Position numbers and translations under genes: made by a program
Notes under the pieces: generated by a model
The model's input: only the letters and a program-made list of their open reading frames with translations
What the model was told of the DNA's origin: nothing
The model's database searches: none
NCBI GenBank assembly: GCA_023138835.1
Contig: JAGLOP010000008.1
Coordinates: 1,149-65,148, forward strand
Length of the DNA: 64,000 nucleotides
Source of the DNA: Arcobacteraceae bacterium
GTDB taxonomy: Bacteria > Campylobacterota > Campylobacteria > Campylobacterales > Arcobacteraceae
Direction of reading: 5' to 3'
Part shown: positions 44,910 through 54,523 of the stretch, in pieces
How positions within the stretch are numbered: the stretch's first letter is position 1
Layout of the letters: every line of letters begins with the position of its first letter

Positions 44910-47853
44910 GATAATGCAGACTGATTTATTTGAACTAGTAAAAAACGCAAACCTTGATATAAAAGAATTTATATCAACACATTATAATTTTGAATGGAAA
45001 AGAAATAAAACAGTTTGCCCATTCCACGGAGATGATGAAAAATCCCCAAACTTTTCTTATGCACCAAAACTAAATATAGTTAAATGTATGGTTTGTGAGC
45101 AAGGTGGAGACCTTATCAATTTTATAGTAGCATATAAAAAAATAACAAAACTTCAAGCTTGTATAGAGATACTTGACTTTGAAAATATCTCTTATGATAG
45201 ACCTGATGAAACGACAGTAGAAACAAAAGAAGAAAGAGAAAAAAGACAAAAAGAATTCAAAGAGAACCAAGCTAAAAATGAAAAAAGAAAAATAGCAAAA
45301 GAAAAAGAGTTACAAAAAGATAAAGATAAAGCCATAGTAACTATGACAAAAGATAGTAAACTTCATGCTAAAAATTTAGATTTATTTACACATCATAAAG
45401 AGTTAGGAGAATTAGTCTATAACCAATCAGACACATTTGCTCATTGGTTAAAACTTTATCTAGGATATGATACTAAGCATCAAACTATTTGTATTTTAAA
45501 TAGATTAAATGATAATGCTAAAACAACATTTAATATCAAACATAGATTAAAATATGAGTGGGATGACAAACAAAAACAACATACAAACATTAGAAAAGCT
45601 GGTAAATGGTTAAGCACTTATGACTCTACTACATATCCATTTCCTTATGATTATTTTCAATATGCAAGTGCTTTAGATGAAGTTGTATTTTTAACAGAGG
45701 GTGAGAAAGATGCCTTAAATCTTTTAAGCTATGATATAAATGTTTTAACTTTAGGTGGTGTAAGTACCAGCTGGGAAGACCACAAAGAAATATTAAAAGA
45801 TAAGATAGTTTATATTTGGTTTGACAATGACAATGCAGGATATAAAGGTGCAATAAATCAATACAATGCAATTAAAGATATTGTAAAAGAAGTTTATATT
45901 GTACTATTCTTTGAAATAAATCCAAGCTTACCAAATAAATATGATATAAATGATTTTATAAAAGATAAAAAGTTTAAAAACAAAGCTGAAATATTACATT
46001 CAATAGGATACAGTAGTTTTAAACTTACAACAGCAGTTGTCGAAAATATAGAACATTACACCAGTTTAGATTTAAGAGATTACTATTGTATAGAACCTAT
46101 AAAAACAATCCAAGATATAAAAAAATATTGGTTAAAACAAGATAGCGACCACCAACCTATAAACATAGTTAGAGCAAACGGACAAAAAGATATAAAAGGC
46201 TTAAATGAATTTATACAATATTTCAAAGATGAAAAAAAATATAAAAACTTTCATAAAATCACAGTAGAGCAAATAGCCTTAAATCTTATAAATATAGATG
46301 ATGGTGCAAGAGAAGAAAAATCTTTAGAGTTAGTGGAACTTATGAAAAATCTAGCACTAAATTATGAAGATTTACACAAAGATTATTCACAAACACATAT
46401 ATCAGATATGGTAGAAGCTTTTGAGATTATGTCAAAGAAAACTGATAACACTTTTGCTAAGTATGGAAGTGTATTATCTATATGGACTGGAACATATTAT
46501 CAGATATTAGAAAACCATGATGACTTTAATAGATTTGTACTTAAAGGGTGGATGCCAAAAGCTAGAGTTGATAAGAAAAAAAGAAGTAGTGAAAATGTAG
46601 ATAAAATTTTAAAAGATGTTTATGTTGGAGCAGTAAGTTTAGATGAGATTAAACACTACAGCCAAAAAGGTAAAAGAGTTATAAACTTTACAAATGGTAC
46701 TTTATTTATCACATCGAAAGGTAAAGTAACTTTTAAAAATATCCACGATAAAAAAGATGCCTGTACAAATATATTAAAATTTGAATACGACACAAAAGCA
46801 GTATGCCCAAAATGGACAAAGTTTTTAAATAGAAATATTCCAAACAAAGATGACCAAGCTACACTTATGGAATTTATAGGATATTGTTTTTTACCGGCAC
46901 ATAACTATGAAGCATTTTTATATCTTTATGGAGCAGATGGAGCAAATGGAAAATCAGTTATCATAGATACTATAAAAGAGTTCTTTGGAAAAGACAACAC
47001 ATCAGCACTTGACTTACAAAACTTAAAAGGTCATGAACTAGAGGGACTTACTAATAAACTTGTAAATGTAGGAAGTGAGTTAGATACAAAAAACTTACGA
47101 GATGGTCAGATGAATGTTCTAAAAAAACTAACATCAACCAAAGATGATTTACAAATAGATCCAAAACATACAAAAGGTTTCTTGCTTACAAGTGAAAACC
47201 AACCAAAGATGATAAGTGCTGGAAATGGAGAACTAAATCCAAGCACTTTAGATGGTGGAGTTTTAAGAAGAGCCTTACAAATTAACTGCGATATAGTAAT
47301 TGAAGATGATGAAAAAGTAAGAGCATTAAGTGATAGGTTTGAAGATGAGATGAATGGAATACTAAATCTAGCATTACAAAGTTTAGGCAACTTAATCAGA
47401 AATGGCAAATTTACAAAATCTGAAAAACTAAAAGAAACAATAGAAAACTACAAAGACCAAGCTAATCCAATAAGAAGATATATAAATGATTGTTTAGAAC
47501 TAGATGAAGAAGTGATAATACCAAAAGATTTTTTATATGCACACTATAAAGAGTACATGAAAGAAAAAGGAAGTATGCCATTATCTCAACCTAAATTCTT
47601 TAACAAAATTTACACACAACTAAAAAAAGTACAAGATATAGGGCAACAAAGAGTAAATGTAGAAGATATAGCAAAAGATAGACCAAGATTTATACAAGGT
47701 GTATTTTGTAACTCAAATGATGTATATAGTTTTGACCTTGAAAAGAAACAAGTTAAAACAGAAAACATTAACTACGATTTAAAACTTAAAACAGTAGTGG
47801 TAAAAGATGATGATATAAATACAAAACAACAGGTTATGAATTATGAGCAATAA
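44884..47853 (+). CDS. bifunctional primase/SF3 helicase (Zn finger, TOPRIM, P4/D5-type NTPase)
   Basis: CPFHGDDEKSPNFSY..CMVCEQGGD; VVFLTEGEKDALNL..IWFDNDNAGYKG; Walker A YGADGANGKS. ATG 44914 is the likely start. Confidence 0.85.
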   Translation: MNLKRLKDKIMQTDLFELVKNANLDIKEFISTHYNFEWKRNKTVCPFHGDDEKSPNFSYAPKLNIVKCMVCEQGGDLINFIVAYKKITKLQACIEILDFENISYDRPDETTVETKEEREKRQKEFKENQAKNEKRKIAKEKELQKDKDKAIVTMTKDSKLHAKNLDLFTHHKELGELVYNQSDTFAHWLKLYLGYDTKHQTICILNRLNDNAKTTFNIKHRLKYEWDDKQKQHTNIRKAGKWLSTYDSTTYPFPYDYFQYASALDEVVFLTEGEKDALNLLSYDINVLTLGGVSTSWEDHKEILKDKIVYIWFDNDNAGYKGAINQYNAIKDIVKEVYIVLFFEINPSLPNKYDINDFIKDKKFKNKAEILHSIGYSSFKLTTAVVENIEHYTSLDLRDYYCIEPIKTIQDIKKYWLKQDSDHQPINIVRANGQKDIKGLNEFIQYFKDEKKYKNFHKITVEQIALNLINIDDGAREEKSLELVELMKNLALNYEDLHKDYSQTHISDMVEAFEIMSKKTDNTFAKYGSVLSIWTGTYYQILENHDDFNRFVLKGWMPKARVDKKKRSSENVDKILKDVYVGAVSLDEIKHYSQKGKRVINFTNGTLFITSKGKVTFKNIHDKKDACTNILKFEYDTKAVCPKWTKFLNRNIPNKDDQATLMEFIGYCFLPAHNYEAFLYLYGADGANGKSVIIDTIKEFFGKDNTSALDLQNLKGHELEGLTNKLVNVGSELDTKNLRDGQMNVLKKLTSTKDDLQIDPKHTKGFLLTSENQPKMISAGNGELNPSTLDGGVLRRALQINCDIVIEDDEKVRALSDRFEDEMNGILNLALQSLGNLIRNGKFTKSEKLKETIENYKDQANPIRRYINDCLELDEEVIIPKDFLYAHYKEYMKEKGSMPLSQPKFFNKIYTQLKKVQDIGQQRVNVEDIAKDRPRFIQGVFCNSNDVYSFDLEKKQVKTENINYDLKLKTVVVKDDDINTKQQVMNYEQ

Positions 47854-47870
47854 AACTTTCACTGGGGAAA
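47850..47870 (+). promoter_or_regulatory. 21-mer ATAAAACTTTCACTGGGGAAA (copy 3)
   Basis: Starts inside the primase stop codon and ends 4 nt before ATG 47875. Confidence 0.5.
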
Positions 47871-47874
47871 TATT

Positions 47875-48135
47875 ATGACTGAACAAATAATGCAAGGACT
47901 AACAATAGCAATATTTCAAATACTATTAGTATTTTTCAAACACTTAAATATTAGAATAATTGTAAAAGAAAAAATATCTATAAGTATGTTCCTAACTTTT
48001 ATGATACAACTATCATGGTTAGTTTCAAGTTCATTAGGGATATCAGCATTTTTAGACAGTGATTATATTTTAGTAACTGTTTATCTACTAAGTGGAGTAA
48101 TTGGAACATATTTGAATTTTAAGGTAAAAGTATAA
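47875..48135 (+). CDS. small 3-TM membrane protein
   Basis: 86-aa hydrophobic ORF between the replication and recombination modules. Confidence 0.55.
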   Translation: MTEQIMQGLTIAIFQILLVFFKHLNIRIIVKEKISISMFLTFMIQLSWLVSSSLGISAFLDSDYILVTVYLLSGVIGTYLNFKVKV

Positions 48136-48137
48136 AG

Positions 48138-48386
48138 ATGGATGAACTAGCTGAATTAAAAAGAATGTATTTAGAGTTAAAAGCTAAGGTGGAAGCCTTA
48201 GAGTTAACAACATACAAAGAGATTTTATTGACAGATTTAGCTAGAGAATTAGATATACATAGACAAACTTTGACATACTATGTTAAATCAAATTTTGAGC
48301 CTGAAGTAGATTTTTATAAAAAAAATAATAAAATATACCTTGATGTAAGTATTTTGTGTAGATTAAGGAAACACTATGCAAAATAA
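48138..48386 (+). CDS. excisionase-like HTH protein
   Basis: LLTDLARELDIHRQTLTYYVK. Overlaps the integrase start. Confidence 0.55.
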   Translation: MDELAELKRMYLELKAKVEALELTTYKEILLTDLARELDIHRQTLTYYVKSNFEPEVDFYKKNNKIYLDVSILCRLRKHYAK

Positions 48387-49515
48387 AAACAAAGCTGGAT
48401 TTATGGTTAGGGGTAATAAAATCTATGTTCAAGGTAGCCTTGATGGAGAGTTCAAAAGATATTCAACTGGTAAAGAAGCTAATAAGCTAAATTTATCATG
48501 GATAAAAAAGAACCACCAAAAAGAGCTGCTAAGAATACATGATCTAAAAACTAAACCAAAAAAACAAAGCACGAATTTTATAGAATATGCTTTATCAAAT
48601 CTTGAATTAAAAGCCAGTGGTAGAAAAGCTGGAACGATAAAAGATTATAATAAAATATTCAAAGGTAAAATTCAACCGTTCTTTAAAAACTATGATTTAA
48701 ACGATATTAAAAGAAATGACCTAATGATATGGCAAAATAATCTTGTAAAAGATGGACTAGCCGGTAAGACTATTAATAGTATCAGAGGTGTGTTTAACTT
48801 TATACTTGAAGAAGCTAGAAAAGATGAAATAATAGAAAAGAATTATTTCACTTTAGTTGATAGAGTTAAAACCAAAGCCCCTGACATTACACCATTTTCA
48901 CTAGATGAAGTTAAACTAATGTTATCAAAAGCAAATGAATGTTGGCAAAAAAATCTTATCCAAGTAGCATTTTTTACTGGATTAAGAAGTGGCGAACTAC
49001 TAGGATTAAAATGGGAAGATATAAACTTCGTATCAAAAACAATCTCTATCAAAAGAGCAATAAGAGATGGTAAGATTGATACACCAAAAACTCAAAGTAG
49101 TATCAGAACTATTGATATGCTACCACTAGTTGAAGATGCACTTCTAAAACAAAAAGCGAATACATATCTTAGAAACAGTTTTGTATTTTTAAACTATTTA
49201 GGAAATCACTTATACGACAATGCAAGTATAAGAAGAGGATTTTGGAAAAATATCCTAATGCTTACAGGACTAGACCATAGAGATATGTATCAAACAAGAC
49301 ACACATTTGCATCTATCATGATTAGTCGTGGAGAAGATATTTTATGGGTTAGCCAAATACTAGGACACTCAAATCCAAATATCACACTTTCTATATATGC
49401 TAAGTTCATAAAAACAGAAAAAGTAACAAGAGCAACTTTTCTAAATGACTTTTCAATAGCAAAAAACTGCACAAAAACTGCACATCTAAAATTCAAACAA
49501 AAAGAGAGTGCTTAA
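48376..49515 (+). CDS. int: tyrosine integrase
   Basis: TGLRSGELLGLKWEDI (Arg I); YQTRHTFASIMI..LGHSNPNITLSIYAKF (H-x-x-R, H, Y). Lies 50 bp from tRNA-Ser. Confidence 0.9.
   Translation: MQNKNKAGFMVRGNKIYVQGSLDGEFKRYSTGKEANKLNLSWIKKNHQKELLRIHDLKTKPKKQSTNFIEYALSNLELKASGRKAGTIKDYNKIFKGKIQPFFKNYDLNDIKRNDLMIWQNNLVKDGLAGKTINSIRGVFNFILEEARKDEIIEKNYFTLVDRVKTKAPDITPFSLDEVKLMLSKANECWQKNLIQVAFFTGLRSGELLGLKWEDINFVSKTISIKRAIRDGKIDTPKTQSSIRTIDMLPLVEDALLKQKANTYLRNSFVFLNYLGNHLYDNASIRRGFWKNILMLTGLDHRDMYQTRHTFASIMISRGEDILWVSQILGHSNPNITLSIYAKFIKTEKVTRATFLNDFSIAKNCTKTAHLKFKQKESA
49465..49484 (+). promoter_or_regulatory. two AACTGCACA repeats (arm-type sites) inside the int 3' end
   Basis: 49465-49473 and 49476-49484, in the same orientation as the four copies at 12576-12634. 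Confidence 0.45.
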
Positions 49516-49564
49516 AAATGTTAGCTAAAGCCTTATTTTATTGTACATTGGTAAAAAGATTTGA

Positions 49565-49654
49565 TTGTTATATAGTGGCGGACGAGGAGAGATTTGAACT
49601 CTCGGTACCCGTTAGGATACGCACCCTTAGCAGGGGTGTGGTTTAAGCCACTCA
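49565..49654 (-). tRNA. tRNA-Ser(GCU), intact; 49565-49591 is the attR core
   Basis: GGACGAG/CTCGTCC acceptor, CACCC-CTGCTAA-GGGTG anticodon arm, long variable arm GTATCC-TAAC-GGGTAC, GAGAG-TTCAAAT-CTCTC T arm, G73 and an encoded CCA. Confidence 0.92.
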
Positions 49655-49716
49655 CCCACTCGTCCTTGGAGTGACATTATAGGTAAAAGTAGTTGAAAAA
49701 ATACTTAAACTAAAAG

Positions 49717-50400
49717 TTATATTTTTGCTAAAATATTTTTTACTACGGTTGCCGGATTTTCTGATTTATAAATTGGTCTTCCAACAACGATAAAGTCTAC
49801 AAGTTCTTTTTTTGCAAAGTTAATATCGGCTACCCTTTTTTGATCTTGGGCATCCTCGCCAAATGGTCTGATTCCCGGTGTTAAAGTGATAAAATCTTTA
49901 TTTGTATTATCTTTAATATCTTTACTTTCAAATGCGGAACATACAACACCATCAAGTCCAGCGGTGTTGGTATCTTTTGCAAATTGTGTTGCTTTTGTAT
50001 CTAAGTCTTGCCCATAAATTTCTTTAAAGTCATTATTGTCAAAACTTGTAAGAGCAGTTACTGCTAAAACTAAAGGACGATTAGGAATATCTTTAATTCT
50101 ATTCATAACTGTTTGCATGGCAATTTTACCGGCACTTGCATGTACATTAAACATATCAACACCAAGTTTAGCTATCTCTTCACTCGCATCTGCCATAGTA
50201 TTTGGAATATCATAAAGTTTTAAATCTAAAAATATTTTAAAATTTGGATTTATCATTTTTAGGTTTTCTAAAAACTCTTTACCATCTCTAATATATGCTC
50301 TAAATCCAACTTTTAACCATACATCAAAGTCTTTAATTTCTTTTGCTAATGCCAAATTTTCTTTAGCACTCGGCAAATCTAAAGCAATACATAATTTCAT
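49717..50400 (-). CDS. pyrF: orotidine-5'-phosphate decarboxylase
   Basis: [33 protein letters not shown]. Confidence 0.9.
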   Translation of the reverse strand: MKLCIALDLPSAKENLALAKEIKDFDVWLKVGFRAYIRDGKEFLENLKMINPNFKIFLDLKLYDIPNTMADASEEIAKLGVDMFNVHASAGKIAMQTVMNRIKDIPNRPLVLAVTALTSFDNNDFKEIYGQDLDTKATQFAKDTNTAGLDGVVCSAFESKDIKDNTNKDFITLTPGIRPFGEDAQDQKRVADINFAKKELVDFIVVGRPIYKSENPATVVKNILAKI

Positions 50401-50401
50401 A

Positions 50402-50794
50402 TTATTTATTAACTTTATCTAATAAACCATTTATAAATTTAGGAGCATTATCACTTGCTAATCTTTTACATAACTCAATCGCTTCATTGATAATGATTGG
50501 TTTGTCAAGTGAAGTAAATAAAGTTTCATAAATTGAAAGTCTTAAAATTGCTTTTTCAACACTTCCCACTTCAGTAATATCTCTTTGTTTTAAATGTGAG
50601 CTTAACTCTTCATCTATTTTTTCAAGATTTTCCATAGTCCCTTGAAATAAACCAAGAGCAAATTCTCTTTGTTTATTTCTTATTTTTTTATCTTCTAAAA
50701 TTATATCAGCATGCTTGGCAATCGCTTCATTACCTAAATCATAGGCATAAAGCAATCCAACTACTGATTCACGGGCTTGTGTTCGTGTAGCCAT
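50402..50794 (-). CDS. nusB: transcription antitermination factor NusB
   Basis: 130 aa; [16 protein letters not shown]..; placed between ribH and pyrF. Confidence 0.85.
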   Translation of the reverse strand: MATRTQARESVVGLLYAYDLGNEAIAKHADIILEDKKIRNKQREFALGLFQGTMENLEKIDEELSSHLKQRDITEVGSVEKAILRLSIYETLFTSLDKPIIINEAIELCKRLASDNAPKFINGLLDKVNK

Positions 50795-50797
50795 TTA

Positions 50798-51268
50798 TTA
50801 CTTATCCATCTCAGAATAAAGGTCTAGCATCTCAATAATAGTTATCATAGCTTCTGCGCCTTTATTTCCAACTTTACTTCCAGCTCTCTCAATTGCTTGT
50901 TCGATTGTATCTGTTGTTAAAACACCATTTGAAACTGGCTTACCAAATTCCATAGTAGCACTTGCAATTCCTTTTGTAGCTTCAGCACTAATATAATCAA
51001 AATGTGGAGTAGCACCTCTTATAACCGCACCAACACAACAAATTGCATCATATTTCCCACTCTCTAAAGCTTTTTTAAGAGCAAATGGAATTTCAAATGC
51101 ACCTGGTACTAAAATTAAATCTAAATTTTCTACATTTCCACCGTGTCTTTTAAAAGCATCTTGGGCACCTTCAACTAATCTATCTGTAATGATATGGTTA
51201 AATCTACCATTGATAATAGCAATTTTTTCACTACCGTTTAATCTTAAGTGACCTTCAATAATATTCAT
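50798..51268 (-). CDS. ribH: 6,7-dimethyl-8-ribityllumazine synthase
   Basis: [40 protein letters not shown]. Confidence 0.9.
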   Translation of the reverse strand: MNIIEGHLRLNGSEKIAIINGRFNHIITDRLVEGAQDAFKRHGGNVENLDLILVPGAFEIPFALKKALESGKYDAICCVGAVIRGATPHFDYISAEATKGIASATMEFGKPVSNGVLTTDTIEQAIERAGSKVGNKGAEAMITIIEMLDLYSEMDK

Positions 51269-51298
51269 AAACTTTCCTTATTTGTATTTCTATAATTT

Positions 51299-52102
51299 TT
51301 ATGCATTATACCCTAAAACTTCTTGAATTGAGAAAATATCTTTTATCGTTGATTTTAAATCAGGTATTGTAAGCATATTTGGACCATCACTTAATGCAAT
51401 ACTTGGGTCAAAGTGTGTTTCAAAGAAAAATCCGTCAACTCCAACTGCAGCAGCAGCTTTTGCCAAGCTTGGTACTATAGCACTATTACCACCGGTTGTA
51501 CTTCCTGTACTTGGCACTTGAGCTGAATGTGTTGCATCAAATATCACAGGGGCAAATTCTCTCATACCAATTAAATTTTTCATATCAACTATAAGTGAAC
51601 CATATCCAAAAATATTTCCTCTTTCACACAGCCAAACACCGTTATCTTTAGAGGTTTGATAATTCACTTCATCTACACCTCTGGTTTTCAGTACTTTTGC
51701 TACTGGATGCTGCATAGAATCACTTGCTAAAAATTGACCTTTTTTGATATTTACTTTTGCATTAGTTTTTCCGCAAGCTACTAATAAATCAGTTTGTCGA
51801 CATAAAAAAGCAGGTATTTGTAATACATCTACAACTTGGGCAGCAGGTGCTACTTGATAAGTTTCATGAACATCAGTTACTATTTTGTATCCAAACTGCT
51901 CTTTTACCTCTTGAAGTATTTTTAATCCCTCATCAAGCCCCGGTCCTCTAAAGCTATCTAAACTTGTACGATTTGCTTTATCAAAACTAGCTTTAAAATA
52001 AAACTCAACCCTTTTGTCTTCTTGTAAAAATGCCAATTGTTCAGCTATTTTCATAACATTATCACGACTTTCTATTACACAAGGTCCTGCGAGTATTATC
52101 AT
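51299..52102 (-). CDS. kdsA: 3-deoxy-8-phosphooctulonate (KDO8P) synthase
   Basis: LAGPCVIES..YFKASFDKANRTS..FLCRQTDLL..DATHS. Confidence 0.88.
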   Translation of the reverse strand: MIILAGPCVIESRDNVMKIAEQLAFLQEDKRVEFYFKASFDKANRTSLDSFRGPGLDEGLKILQEVKEQFGYKIVTDVHETYQVAPAAQVVDVLQIPAFLCRQTDLLVACGKTNAKVNIKKGQFLASDSMQHPVAKVLKTRGVDEVNYQTSKDNGVWLCERGNIFGYGSLIVDMKNLIGMREFAPVIFDATHSAQVPSTGSTTGGNSAIVPSLAKAAAAVGVDGFFFETHFDPSIALSDGPNMLTIPDLKSTIKDIFSIQEVLGYNA

Positions 52103-53799
52103 TTTGTTTTCCTTTTAAATTTATTTAATATTGTTCTTTCTTCACCGTTTAAAGCATAATGAAATTCATATATATTTTGACAAATATATTCTAAGTCTTC
52201 AATTGCATTTTCATCACAGGCAAATAGTATTTTATCATTTTTTTCTAATAATGTATTCCAAGCGGGCAGGAGTAAAGAATCTGTATGATTTCTTACTAAA
52301 AGCAGAGGTACTATGTTATTTGACATATGATGATTTCGTAAAGAGGTTTTTAATAAAGATAATTTAATTTTCTTATTTTCATTAAGTGTATTAAAAACCT
52401 GTGGAGAATCTGTTTTATTGAGAGTTAATTCATAAAGTTTTGGATTATGGTCAATTGTTTCAATTAAAACTCTTACTAAATGCTGTGCCCATTTTTCATT
52501 TTGTTTTTCAAGTATTTGTATAAATTTATCTGAAAATGGGTTTATAAGTGCATTTGATGTTTTATTTATGAGTATTTTTGACGGCATAAATACATAATCA
52601 ATTTTTGCATGATTAAAAATAGAAAAGTCATCTATCTCATTTTCTCTTGCCATTGTTATAATTTTTGGATTAAGTTTTTTTGCGGTTGCCAAAATAGATA
52701 AGTTTACTGTGTCATCGTTTGTTCCTGCTATAATACTTATGGCATCTTTAACTCCTGCATTTATGAGCATATCTTTATCATCTCCATTACCCATGATTAG
52801 ATGGCTCTCTTCATCTTTTGTGAGGTTTATAAATTTAGATTTATCAATTTCTACAAAAGTAGAATCTATATTATTTTTTTGTAAAACATCATAAATGCTA
52901 TGCCCCATACGACCATATCCACAAATAATATATTTTCCGTGAGGTAGTTTATTAAGTGGAGTATCCAAAGTTCCAAGTTTATGTATCCAGTTTTTTAGTT
53001 TTAGTAAATTTGGTGCTGTTAATGCCATTTGAATTTGTGAAGCAATGATATTAAATGGATTTTCTACAATTTCAACACCTATATCATATAAGTTCTCAGT
53101 GTGGTTTTGAGTTGTTGATTTTACAGCCAAAGTTACATGTTTATTTAAAAGTTTTGATGTAAGTGCAATTCTTAAATTCAAAGCATCATCTTCAAAAAGT
53201 GATACTACTGCTTTACAATATTTTGATTTGATGCCTGCTGCTTCCAGTGCTTTTGGATCAAAAGCGTCACCTTCTAGTGCAGGTACATAAGGGGTGAAGT
53301 TTTCAAGTAATAGATGGTCTACTTTTTGTTTGTCTTTTTCTATTACAACTGTTCTTATACCTTCACATAAGGCTTTTTTAATAATCTCACTTGTAGTATA
53401 GTTATAACCAAGTATTATAATATATCTTTGTTTTATATTTTTTACTTGCTTTACAAATTTTGCTTTTTTAATTTCTAGTAAAAAAAGCTTATCTTGAAGT
53501 AAGCTAATAAGTGAACCAATACTGTAAAACCAGCTAAGTACAACTAAATATACAACAACAGATGCCCAAACTCTTTGATGATAAGTAAACTCGTATGGTA
53601 TTTCACCAAATCCAATAGTAGTAGCTGTATAAGTTATAAAATAAAATGCATCAAAGATATTCATTTGGTAAATGTTACCTTGATTATCCATACCATCAAT
53701 TAGTAAAAAACCAATTATTGAAATTGTATAAGAAATTACAAGTACCAAGAATGGCATTCTCATTCTTTGCAATACAATCCAAAGTGAGCTATTATTCAT
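52099..53799 (-). CDS. K+ channel with tandem RCK/TrkA-N domains
   Basis: Selectivity filter TATTIGFGE. Rossmann-like IIILGYN.. and IICGYGRMG. Confidence 0.8.
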   Translation of the reverse strand: MNNSSLWIVLQRMRMPFLVLVISYTISIIGFLLIDGMDNQGNIYQMNIFDAFYFITYTATTIGFGEIPYEFTYHQRVWASVVVYLVVLSWFYSIGSLISLLQDKLFLLEIKKAKFVKQVKNIKQRYIIILGYNYTTSEIIKKALCEGIRTVVIEKDKQKVDHLLLENFTPYVPALEGDAFDPKALEAAGIKSKYCKAVVSLFEDDALNLRIALTSKLLNKHVTLAVKSTTQNHTENLYDIGVEIVENPFNIIASQIQMALTAPNLLKLKNWIHKLGTLDTPLNKLPHGKYIICGYGRMGHSIYDVLQKNNIDSTFVEIDKSKFINLTKDEESHLIMGNGDDKDMLINAGVKDAISIIAGTNDDTVNLSILATAKKLNPKIITMARENEIDDFSIFNHAKIDYVFMPSKILINKTSNALINPFSDKFIQILEKQNEKWAQHLVRVLIETIDHNPKLYELTLNKTDSPQVFNTLNENKKIKLSLLKTSLRNHHMSNNIVPLLLVRNHTDSLLLPAWNTLLEKNDKILFACDENAIEDLEYICQNIYEFHYALNGEERTILNKFKRKTK

Positions 53800-53826
53800 A
53801 TATTGTCTTTATTAAATTTAATTATT

Positions 53827-54204
53827 TTATCTTTTACTTTTAAGTGTTTCGCCGATGTAAAGTATTACTGAAGTAATATTTGCTAAAAGTGCACCAACTG
53901 AAAGTGATATAACTATAGATGAAATTTCTATACTTGCACTGTCTGAATAACCTGCAATTGCCCAAATAGTAGCAGCTGCTACAAGCTGAATAACAGCAAC
54001 TAAACTAGTAGCAAGTAATACTGAACCTATCTGTGTTTTATCACCAAGCTTTAAAATAGTTGCAATTATATTGATCACAATAGCTGCAAAAAGTTCATAT
54101 TTACTATGTGCAACCAAATCATTTATATCTCCATAAACAAAGCCGAAGTTTAATGTCATAGCGAGTATGATAAAAAATCCGGCAACAACTTTGTCAAAAT
54201 TCAT
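53827..54204 (-). CDS. small polytopic membrane protein
   Basis: 125 aa with 4 hydrophobic helices. Confidence 0.6.
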   Translation of the reverse strand: MNFDKVVAGFFIILAMTLNFGFVYGDINDLVAHSKYELFAAIVINIIATILKLGDKTQIGSVLLATSLVAVIQLVAAATIWAIAGYSDSASIEISSIVISLSVGALLANITSVILYIGETLKSKR

Positions 54205-54227
54205 TTTGTTTCCTTTTTGTGATATAT

Positions 54228-54425
54228 CTATTCTTTGCTAGATATAGTAGTCTTAGTAAATTTAATATAATCATCCGGTTGAACTAATAAAATCAAACCA
54301 TAAAGTGCAAGTAATATGCCAAAAACTATACCCAGCTTAGTTAAAAATTTCTTTTCAATTTTTATCTTTGTAAGGTAAAAAGCTATAATAGAGCCAATTG
54401 CTAATAATAATATTCCTAATTTCAT
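54228..54425 (-). CDS. small 2-TM membrane protein
   Basis: 65-aa hydrophobic ORF upstream of the previous gene. Confidence 0.5.
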   Translation of the reverse strand: MKLGILLLAIGSIIAFYLTKIKIEKKFLTKLGIVFGILLALYGLILLVQPDDYIKFTKTTISSKE

Positions 54426-54523
54426 AAATAATTATAGAGCTATTTTTGTTAAATATACATTAATAGATGTTATAATACCAAAAAATAATGGTGTAATTCC
54501 ATAGGTATGAGGATAATAATTAT

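Larger units (their letters stand above)
12411..49591. mobile_element. integrated ~37-kb prophage at tRNA-Ser(GCU)
   Basis: 27-bp direct repeats at 12411-12437 and 49565-49591. Integrase and excisionase sit at the right end. Terminase, portal/scaffold/capsid, tail fibre, holin, repressor and primase lie inside. Confidence 0.9.
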
